From positions 9,270,451-9,334,450 of the forward strand of contig NC_134035.1 of assembly GCF_964204645.1 (NCBI RefSeq): a stretch of 64,000 nucleotides of DNA, in the 5' to 3' direction. Positions 12,678-23,099 of the stretch are shown in pieces. The number at the start of each line of letters is the position of its first letter. Position 1 is the first letter of the stretch. The DNA comes from Tubulanus polymorphus. Its lineage: Eukaryota > Animalia > Nemertea. A model generated the notes under the pieces. The model saw nothing but the letters and a program-made list of their open reading frames with translations. It ran no database searches and was not told the origin of the DNA. The position numbers and the translations under genes were made by a program.

Positions 12678-12955
12678 CAGACGTGTCCGAAATCGACTCC
12701 ACGCCGTCGACACCGGATCAAATGGGAACCGGTGACTCCCGGGAAATTCATAATCTATACCACGCTTCTCTCGCAGAGTTCATTTTGGCGGGAAGAAAAT
12801 CGGTGACTCTGTCAACGGAGAAACGATCTGATTCATGATCTGATTGTTGGATTCACATTATTCTGGTAAATGCAGTCTCAAATGCCGTAAATTCATCGCG
12901 TAGGTCTGGTTTCCGAGAGAGTAAGTCGACTGTCGAAACAGGTCGTCATTTCCAT

Positions 12956-13563
12956 CTGCAAAATAAAAAGAAGCGGCGGCGATAAAAATGTGTTGTAATA
13001 AATTTAGTAATATAAAACAGTATAACGTAGACTACAGCTTGTATTTATTGCGTAGGTTTTATATATCAGATGTCCCCAGTGGATGACAAAATGTGGAGCG
13101 ATAATTCATATCGATATATAGATATGTGTCGACCTCGCAGATGTTTTCGATCACGCCATATAATCGTACACACACATATATATATATATATTCCTCGTGA
13201 TAAGAATATCTCCAGGGCAGCTCTTTCACATACACACGATCCGGGGGCGTTAGAAACATATGTTGTTTTGGAACAGCGATTTAGCACAAAAACGACCACG
13301 CTTCCATAAACCTAGGTCACCATATACAGCATACAACGTCAACGACGCTTTAGTTTTTCCAATGGATAAACGTTATCGAAGATTCGATAACACTGTTTAT
13401 GTGCGAAATGGCAGTTTACTAAAGGCTATAGCTCTTTAATATATACACAAGACAATATTCGTAAAATAGAGAATAGAACTCATTAACTAGACCTAAAAAT
13501 GCTTATGTTAATTTAGGTTAGATTTAATTATCTACGCTGTTATAGCCCTACCAAAACTCTTAC
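12956..13563 (-). other. Predicted intron joining the NUPR1-like exon to the ProX exon
   Basis: Donor AG|GTAAGA lies 1 nt after the TAA stop; acceptor CTTCTTTTTATTTTGCAG|ATG at 12956/12955. Confidence 0.7.
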
Positions 13564-13564
13564 C

Positions 13565-13846
13565 TTATTTCTTTTCCAAGTGTGGATGCTTGTTGTGTTC
13601 CATGTTATGCAGTTTTGTGACCAGTTTACGCGTATGACCGCACGTATCGGGATGGTTCGTGTTTTGGCTCGCTTCCTTCTTGCTTCTCATTTTTCCGCTC
13701 TTACCGGAGAACATATGCTTGTCGTGGTCGAACGTGTAGTGGTCGTACTCGTCGTAGCCTTCCATTTTCTTTTCTTGGCCTTCTAAAGTTTCTGGTGTAC
13801 TAGTAACTTCAGTAACCGTAGTTTCTACAGGTTTCTCCTCGGACAT
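13565..13846 (-). CDS. NUPR1: Nuclear protein 1 (NUPR1/p8) family stress protein, 93 aa
   Basis: YDEYDHY...GKSGKMRSKKEASQNTNHPDTCGHTRKLVTKLHNME matches the p8 signature (GRKGRTKREAAANTNRPSPGGHERKLVTKLQNSE). Confidence 0.9.
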   Translation of the reverse strand: MSEEKPVETTVTEVTSTPETLEGQEKKMEGYDEYDHYTFDHDKHMFSGKSGKMRSKKEASQNTNHPDTCGHTRKLVTKLHNMEHNKHPHLEKK

Positions 13847-13924
13847 AAAATGAACTATAACCGCGAACGCGACTCTTCAACTGTTTCAGGTTTGCAGACG
13901 AAATGAAACGCTACCGCGCTGGTG

Positions 13925-14091
13925 TTTATATACGCAATAACAAACATGATGTCATCGGCAGCCAATCGGATTTATCGATGACTTATCAAAGTGCCCCGCT
14001 ATTGGTTGAATTTATTTCTGACGCAATGACAAATGCTATTTTTAGACCCTGCCCTGGTGATTTAGTAAACACGGCAACGTGTTCCACGTCA
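13925..14091 (-). promoter_or_regulatory. NUPR1 promoter with TATA, CCAAT, CRE-like, C/EBP-ATF and UPRE motifs
   Basis: TATATAAA 13932-13925; ATGATGTCAT 13946-13955; CCAAT 13962 and ATTGG 14001; TGACGCAA 14019-14026; TGACGTGG (minus) 14091-14084. Confidence 0.65.
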
Positions 14092-17000
14092 TGTCATTGC
14101 AAACAGCTGTCGCAATTGTGTGTCAATCGAACGTGTAATATTTACTGCGAATTCGAGCTCGAATTTTCTCGAAACAGTAGCGTTCAATATTTTAGGAGTG
14201 GATTGTCGAGCAGACCCAGGCGGGAACACATTAATTTGGCATTAATGACACCCTTTTTATTTCGATCTAAGAGTCTTGTGAAGCTAGTCCGATCCACTTT
14301 TATATCGCAGTAACAAAGATGAGGATCAAGAATTTTGCAGAGCGAACCGCAAGATGCCCTGGGCCGACTACGACTTGCTGGCTTTGGGCGCCAATGGGGT
14401 ATTCGTAAATTGTATATTCCACTGACGCAAACAAAGCCCGTTTCGCGGCATAAATGGTCTCAAAGTTATCATATCACTGAGATTGCAGCCTGCGCCTTAT
14501 CAATTAGCTCAGCGCAAAAAGAGATCCCACTTTTCATGCACAGGGCCCGGTTCAGGGAGGCCGCGGCGGACCCGAGTCGAGAAAATTATGTAATTCATGA
14601 AACAATACTCTAAACTAGGTAACTTGAGAAATAAGAGTAGGAAAATTAATTCATATCACGGCAGGGGCCCGCCGTTACTTCACTCAAGCACCTCAATTTG
14701 AATCTGTTCAGAATTTTCATTGATTATTGTTAATGGTCCGGCATCCGGTGTCAGTTGACTTCTAGGGTCATTCTCAAATTCCCGGCATCCCGAAGCAGTT
14801 CCCGGCCCCTGGAGTCGCCCTGCCCCAGGCTAGAACAATTCCAGTAGTGTAGCGTTTTGGTGCTGTTTCATAAATTTTAGAATTTCTCGAATTTAGAGTG
14901 GGTCGATTGTACGTACATCAAAGTCTTTTATCCTGCATTATGAGTTTTCCGGTTTGCTCGGCTACCCGTACCGGCGGGGTAGTCTAGAGAGGCCAATGAA
15001 ATCTCCGGTTTGCTGAACTACCCCTCTTTGCGGGGATGCGGTATGCTGATGTTTGATCTGACAGTTTCAAGTGGTTAATGGCTGTTTCAAGTGCTTACAA
15101 CGATGCTTATTACTTCGTGGTACATGGTGGTTTAAAAAAAGATTTCATAATAATACGCACACCGCGTGGGCTTCGTAGAAAGACCACTGCCTGTGGCCTT
15201 CCCAAATTTTAATCGTCCTGTCCGATTTGGTTTCGTCCAATTGAGAGACTGCCTTTTCCAATAAGGGCATTTTTGGATCACATCACTCAGGAAATGACTT
15301 GCACTTTTGGGCCTCTTCGTCGGTTCCACGTGTTTCATTTGAGCTATAGACCACAATGGCGACACCATCATGGTCAGAAACTGACCAATTGAGATATCCC
15401 CGAGTCTTGAACACTTGACTTCGAATTTCGGAAATTTTTCAAGTCATGTTTGTTTTCAAACTACTGAAGAATCATTGCAAATTCATAAACTGACCATCAC
15501 TGACCACCACTGACCAATTCAAACTCTTTGAATTTGAAAACGATATACCGCGTTATGGTGTCAAACTAGAAAGGATTCGCTATAGATATTGAGAATTCAT
15601 GACCATCACTGACCAATTCATGCTTACCAATTAATTACTATCATATCATCGCCAACCTAACTAGAAATACCCTGATACTAATTTACTCTTTTAAAACTAA
15701 TTCATTTAAAGAAGAATTGCCAGTTAAGGAGTTTGAGAGCAGTTTTGAAAGAGTTTGAGAATTTTCTCGGAATCCGGCCTGCAAATCGGTAAACAGTTCG
15801 TTCAGTCCGGCCGTTAAAAGTGTCTGGCCAGCGAGTATTATGTTAGTTCACGTTTTCTCCGCTTTCGTTATACATAGGGGCAGCACTAGACGGTTCAGAT
15901 CACTATTTTTTATAGTGGCGGGCTCGTTTCAAATGCGTTATTTAATGAAACCATTCTCTTGATTAAAGGCTTTACAGCCACTTTTTGTAGACACGATTCT
16001 CACTTTTCTTTCATACGATCTTTGATTCGGAGTCTGTAGATGTTAATACAGTCCACGGGACGCCAATACAAAGGGGCCACCACGGCTTCCGCTCGAATCA
16101 TCAAATCATCCCCGGAGGCTGGGTGATTTGATACGATTTGAAGAATGGTAGACTCACAAATTTGTTTCGAAAAACTGATATGAATATCAAAACTGAACGA
16201 GAAACCTGAAACTCATTCATAATAATTAATATTTTAAAAAGTGGGACAGTATCTTGTCAGCCGTTTGTGGATCAACAGGCGTCAAATTCATCTGTGCTTT
16301 ATCTTATTTGGGCTACACGTGAACTAGCAAATTATGATTAGGAAAATCGAATTTGATTTGACAAGATAAAGTTCGCCTTGATTATTCAAACAAAAATTAT
16401 TAAAATTTAGTAGTCTCTACTTCGCCCAGTGATCCCTCCACCAATTATAGTCAACTTACCAGACAGTTTTCAATAGTGAAAGATTTCAAATAATAACAAG
16501 GCTAAAAACCGCGAGTTTTAGTCATCATTGGTCGGTCGATTTTCTTCTCATTTTACTTGGTTGGTTACTTTTGGTCGGTATCATGATTTACTTTTAATGG
16601 TTGTTACAATTTTGGTCGGTACTATTTTACTTTTGGTCGGTATTAGACGGCTTTTGGTTGGTATCAGACGGCTTTATCAGTATTGGACGGTTTTGATGCA
16701 ATAAATTCTGAATTGAAGTGGAAATTCACCCTTGATGGCTATAGTGACAATCAAAAAAATTTCGCAATTACTCTTCGGCAGCAACATTCGCTTCTAACCG
16801 GTCAACAAGTGTCAGTGTGTCCGGTTTAAAGTGTTTAACTGTATTGCCTGATATAATCGATTATCATATTTTGCGGACGTACTCGTCTCCGCACCATGTT
16901 GGTGGGAATATAGGGTTGAAAAAAGAGGTGGATTGCAAGATAACAAAAAACCACTGACTGGTGAACTAATTAAGTTCAGAGAAGCTAATTAACTAACAAA

Positions 17001-20000
17001 AAGAGACTCCAATTATATTTACTCTCATACAACAATTATACAAAATGCCAGGTTTGTGCTTGAGGAATTATAACTTAAGTTCCTCAAACACGTGGACTGA
17101 TTTCAAAAACAATCCAATCATGGACATATAAACAATAAACTAGAGCTTATACGTCCACGGTCCAACGAGCAATTATCTAATAGATAACTGCTCGTAGGTC
17201 AAACCATAGACCATCTAAAACAGAAACGTCTATGGCCCACAACCATGGACTCTAAACTGTGAGGGTCCATGGCTCCCCGCACTAAAACCAGAGATAAACC
17301 TGGCCAAATACTCTGGAAAGCGTAAGATTTTAAGTTATCAATCTGATTTACATTTTTACTCTTTAAAGTTGACCCAGCCGGCCGCCTTTCTACATAAGGC
17401 CTTACATTACTTTTTCATGATCAAGTTTACCATAACAGACCCGGCAGATGGAAATGAACTGATTACAAATTTCATTTATCTATGAAATGACCCGGCCGAT
17501 CAGGAAAAACAAGATATCATTTTTAGCCTTATAATGACTTAGATTATCCAGGGAGGTGATAATCCCACCTCCCTGGATTATCCAAAATATAAAATTACTA
17601 GCTTTTAATATCACATATGCTACATCATGGAAGGTATTTCAAGGTTTTATTTACCAAAAACATTTCCACTGCAACTGATACAATTTGAATCAATAGGAAA
17701 ATAACAATATTGAACAAAGAATTGTTAACTTCGATCCATTAAACATCGACAATTGGGACTAGTCTGAATGTCTAAGACTATTAATTTGACAATTCATGTA
17801 GTCACTCGCCGGGCATAAGTGACACTTGGCTATTTCATGAAATATGAAGCATTCAATCATATCAACTATACTAATTACAATGTAAGAGAGATTTAGGATA
17901 TTCTGTTTATACATAAAACTGCATAACATATCTCCAAAATGTAAACATTAAACTGGACATAAAACAATTTCACTCTCTCAAATAATCAATCTCTAGTTTC
18001 ATTTCATTAACATTGTTTTTACAGGAAAACTGAAATTTTGTATCATGTAATTTCTACAAATGGGTGAACTCAGAGATAAAACCTACGGATTCACTCTGGA
18101 TAGTTGAGATTAAGCTAATCAATCTTTATTTTCATTTTCATTAACATTATTTAACAAAATAATTAAAGTTTTTCCAACTTTGCCCAAGATTTTCAAACAT
18201 TATCAACGTTATTTTCTACACATTGTTACGTTTAATGCAAAGAATTTTGAAGGTTTTTTAATTAAGATATATTGAGTATCATCGTATAGATATTTCATCT
18301 ATCCATGTAAATTACAAATAACAGATCACTGAGATATCTACAATTATAACTTTTTCGATATTTGAAATGCAGGGTCCGATCTAAGCACTTGTCCGATTGC
18401 CCGGGACAAGTATATTCTCATCAGGGCAAGTAGGTTATCATTATCACTTGTCCCCCGGGCCAGTGCAATTTTATGTCACAAAGCTTTTTTCCCACTCAAT
18501 ACAACGAACACCAATCGGACTGCCTGTGAAGGGCAAGTATTTTTGGAGGGGCAAGCGAAATTTCAGATATGCTTGCTCCCGGGCAAGTGGCTTTCATTCC
18601 TTAGATCGGACCCTGAAATGCTTCTTGTGCAGATTTGAATCAGGCCCATATATGCACCATGCACATGGTCTAGTGCCTTAATTCTAAGCACAGCCAGCTG
18701 GCTAGTACTGGATCCTCCATAACCATATAGTGCACGTAAAACCTGTCCAACATTGTATGTAGGAGTTATGAAAAATAAATAAACTTTATATAGACATTGT
18801 AAAACCGACAATCAAAACAGGACAATTTACTTATCAACACTGTTCATAAATCCTCATTTATAAAAAGTACTGCTCCACTTTATTTGATAGGACCTCAGTT
18901 TGGTAGTTGCTATAAACTTAACTAAACAATTGATAAGTTTCACCATGAATAATGAACACGTATGTGTCGTTTTATTCTCATGACAATAATCATACCTTGC
19001 TAAATGACAGATATGTACTCGAGGAATTATTATGCAAGTTCCTTGTTAACAAATGAACTGTATTTTAAAAACAGTGTAACAAGCATTCAAACTAGAGACA
19101 AAGTCACCCTGGGAAGCTTAGAATTAACTTAACGTTCTAAATTTCATTTGCGTTAACATCATTTTTACTAGACAACTAGAATTTTCGCTGCACCTTGTCT
19201 TAAATAAAGATTTTCAAACATTATCAGTTCGCTCATTTAATACAACGCTATTTCAGGGTAAACATGACAATAATTTTACTATCGATAACTAATCACGTTT
19301 ATAGCTGTTTAACATTCTTTCTAAAAAAGAGTAAAATGTATCTCCCAGATATTATCCCTAAAACAATTAACAGTAACAGCAGTGACAGGGTGTGATACAT
19401 AGGTAAAGGACGGGTGATCTTTCATCAGTTATTTGAAGCATTCTATCGAAACAGATATTTGTTAGTGTGTTTGGTTTAGTTAAGGTTTTTGGTTATTTGT
19501 TTTTTTTATTATTACTGAGTCGATAGAACGCTTAAAACAACAACAGAAAAGATCTCAAGAGGTTGGGAAACACGGAGAAGGTTGTACTATGAAAGAAGAA
19601 CCTTTAATAATTAGATTGAGTTGATTACAAAAAATTCCTGATGATGAAGGCCTATATTAACTAATTGTTTGTTTGTTTTGTTTATTTTTTCATTACTTTA
19701 TAATTTCATTTGTTTTTTTTTATATAATTTATTTTGTAGTTTTTATCTATTTTTTAAAATTATGTTCTCTGTATTTTGTACTATTTATTACTATTTACAT
19801 CATCAGGAATTTTTTAGCGGTGAAATTATGGCCTCACTTAAAAAAGTGCTACAAATTCACTGCTGCACCTAAATAATCACTTCCTAATTAAACATCCCGA
19901 TTTGAAGTAAAGTGATCATTGAAAGCCACTCAACCTTATGATATGAATGACGATGAAAGAAGTTAAAACAGCTATAAACAAAATCAAAACAATCAAAATC

Positions 20001-21007
20001 ATTGCTGGCCATTATTATTTATTCCTTTATATTACATTATTCCTAGTATTACCTCTCATACCTCTGTGGATACAATGTACTACGATATATGTTTCATATA
20101 ACTAGCTAGGATCACCTACATGGAAGCACAATGCTAAAACTCCAGTGAAAATCGAGATATTCTACTCATTAGTCAAATCGCTTTAATGGGCCTTAAAATT
20201 ATGGCATCAAAAATACATCGACACTTTGGTATATTAACTTATTATTTGTACACAGAACACTGCCTAATATTATATGGTTTCCTTAACTATACGTGTTGAT
20301 ATTCGAGGGGCGTAGCCAGTTTGTACTGAAGGCCCGGCCCTTCACTTTTTGGCCAAGGAATCATTTTCAAAACATCTTTATTCAAAACCCATTAACTTGT
20401 TAGGCGAGTTTAGGACTAATAACGTACCAACTTCCTTTATTGCGTTTAAAAGTTGCAACTGTCTAACTGACTACGCTCTCCCTTTTCAACATTAAGGCTA
20501 TGCAAATCATTAATTTATTTTCACTCTCAGGAAATATAAAATGAATCACTATTTCTAAGATTAATCGAATAAAGACCAATGAAGTATGTCATTATTACAA
20601 ATCATTCTCAACTATGTTTAACTAAGGATGAAGACTATCTGAACTATCCTGTTTCATATCTCAGTTTAGGAGTATTTCAACCGACTTACGAGTCAAACCC
20701 AGACGCTGAACGGGATCAATACCATGAATTAATGGAGCGTAAATTTTATGAGATTCCAAGAAGGAACTTTAAGGACATGACTCCTCTGTTTACAAACCGA
20801 ATTCAAATTATTCAAATATGAATAGTTCCTTCTCAGACCCAGAGCCCTAATTATCTAACTTCAATTTTCAATTATCAACATTAAAACTATTTCTTCAGTT
20901 TATTCCGCTCCTTCAAATAGACAGTGACTTTTGTAAACCCATGTTACCCATCAGACTAGTTTGTAAAAAAGTAATACGCAAAATAAATCAATACTTTACA
21001 TATTCTA

Positions 21008-21190
21008 TGCTGCTGCTCCTGAATAAGTGTTTATAAGATATGCATTGTCTGTGCTGCTCCTGAACAAGTGTTTATAAGATACGCATTGTCTGTGCTGCTC
21101 CTGAACAAGTGTTTATAAGATATGCATTGTCTGTGCTGCTACTGAATAACTGTTCACAATATATTTACATGTCTCTGCCGCTCCTGAATA
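21008..21190. repeat. 41-bp tandem repeat, about 4.5 copies
   Basis: Unit TGCTGCTCCTGAACAAGTGTTTATAAGATATGCATTGTCTG. Confidence 0.9.
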
Positions 21191-21976
21191 ATTGTTTATA
21201 TATACTGGTAACACACGCGTTGTCTCTTCTCCACCTATTGTAGAAGAAATCCGTCATTGGGCGATAAACCGCTGCTGGCTAAATTTCTCCTCTGGACTTC
21301 TAGGCCTATGCAGTCGAATTCAAGATGGTTCTTCTGTGGTAGTTGATGATTTCAATTCAAGATGGAATCTTCTGTTGGCTATTCTAATCAGTACATTTTT
21401 CACCAGTACATCTTAGGCTGAGCATTTTCTTATAGATGTGATTAAGCTGAAATGAATAAAAGAAGATATCCTGTAATTATACAATATCTTACAATATACA
21501 CAATTCTTCATATACCATTAATAATAATAAATTCCATGTACCGTAAATCAATTTCATTTAGAATTAATCGCAATAATTCCATCTATATTAAGTTACCTTT
21601 TATGATTGCTGGGTTGATGATTTTGATTCTAGTTGGCTGTGCGCTGTTCCAGTTGGTCGATTTTGGACGAGTAATTGATCTCAAGCTGGGTTTTTCATAT
21701 AGTTGAAATTTAGCTGCAATGATTAAAAGAAGTTATCCTGTAATGACAAGTTTTTTCAATGAGAATTCATCGCAATAATTCCATCTATATTAAGTAACCT
21801 TTTATGATTGCTGGGTTTGTTATCGGCGTGGATCATCTGAGTTGATTGGTTGATGATTTGATTCTAGTTGGCTGCGCGCTGTTCCAGTTGGTCGATTTTG
21901 GATGAGTTGATCTCAAGCTGGGTTTTCTATATAGTTGAAATTTAGCTGCAATGAATAAAAGAAGGTATCCTGTAAT

Positions 21977-22277
21977 CAGGGGCGGATCTAGAGCCCAATT
22001 TAGGGGGGCACGTAATAAATGTAGCTATGATGATACTGTATTGACACCGAGCGGAGTAGGCGCGGGACGTTCCTACCTTTCGCGTCACAGAGGCAAAGCC
22101 CCTGTGGGGGGGACCCCCAGAAAATTTTGGAAATTTAACTCCGTTTTGGGGCCATTTCCTGCATTCTGAGGCAAGAATCCATGACAAATACTACACAGCC
22201 AGGCGTTAATATTAGGCGAGTGGCGGGAGGTAGGTCCAAAAAAACGATCTTCACTTAAAGGAGGGAGGGGGCGCCTG
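21977..22277. mobile_element. CAGGGGCGGATC-type MITE with a deletion in the right end; GTAAT target duplication
   Basis: Empty array units read CTGTAATGAC; this one reads GTAAT-CAGGGGCGGATCTAG...GCGCCTG-GTAAT. Confidence 0.85.
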
Positions 22278-22749
22278 GTAATGACAAATTTATTCAATTA
22301 GAATTTATCGCAATAATTCCATCTATATTAAGTAACCTTTTATGATTGCTGGGTTCGTTATCGGCGTGGATCATCTAAGTTGATCGGTTGATGATTTGAT
22401 TCTAGCTGGCTGTGCGCTGTTCCAGTTGGTCGATTTTGGACGAGTAGTTGATCTCAAGCTGGGTTTTCCATATAGTTGAAATTTAGCTGCAATGATTAAA
22501 AGAAGTTATCCTGTAATGACAAGTTTTTTCAATGAGAATTTTTCGCAATAATTCCGTCTATATTAAGTTACCTTTTATGATTGCTGGGTTCGTTATCGGC
22601 GTGGATCATCTGAGTTGATTGGTTGATGATTTGATTCTAGTTGGCTGCGCGCTGTTCCAGTTGGTCGATTTTGGATGAGTTGATCTCAAGCTGGGTTTTT
22701 CATATTGTTGAAATTTAGCTGCAATGAATAAAAGAAGGTATCCTGTAAT

Positions 22750-23086
22750 CAGGGGCAGATCTAGAGCCCAATTTAGGGGGGGGGGGGGGGGGGCGCGTAA
22801 TAAATGTAGCTATGATGATACTGTATTGACACCGAGCGGAGTAGGCGCGGGACGTTCCTACCTTTTGCGTCGCAGACGCGAAGCCCCTGTGGGGGGGACC
22901 CCCAGAAAATTTTGGAAATTTAACTCCGTTTTGGCGCCATTTCCTGCATTCTGAGGCAAGAATTCATGACAAATACTACACAGCGAGGCGTTAATATTAG
23001 GCGAGTGGCGGGAGGTCGGTCCAAAAAAACGATCTTCACTTAAAGGAGGGAGGGGGCCCGGGCCCCTCTCCCTAGATCCGCGCCTG
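22750..23086. mobile_element. CAGGGGCGGATC-type MITE, complete; 5-bp GTAAT target duplication
   Basis: TIRs CAGGGGCAGATCTAG / CTAGATCCGCGCCTG, flanked by GTAAT on both sides. Confidence 0.9.
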
Positions 23087-23099
23087 GTAATGACAAATT

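Noticed and set aside
12172-12702. Bacterial contamination or recent horizontal transfer of ybaK/proX
   Set aside because: It is embedded among spliced animal genes with a splice acceptor and poly(A) signals, and the motifs fit eukaryotic PRORSD1-like proteins. A phylogeny would be needed to exclude an older transfer.
12600-12955. IRE1/XBP1-type unconventional intron as the way into the ProX frame
   Set aside because: No pair of hairpins with CNGCNG loops was found.
13564-13610. -1 frameshift fusing NUPR1 directly to the ProX frame
   Set aside because: No canonical X XXY YYZ slippery site, and that frame meets UGA three codons into the next exon plus three more UGAs.
13903-14613. Plus-strand ORFs of 136 and 92 aa
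   Set aside because: They overlap or adjoin the NUPR1 promoter region, with no domain similarity or splice support.
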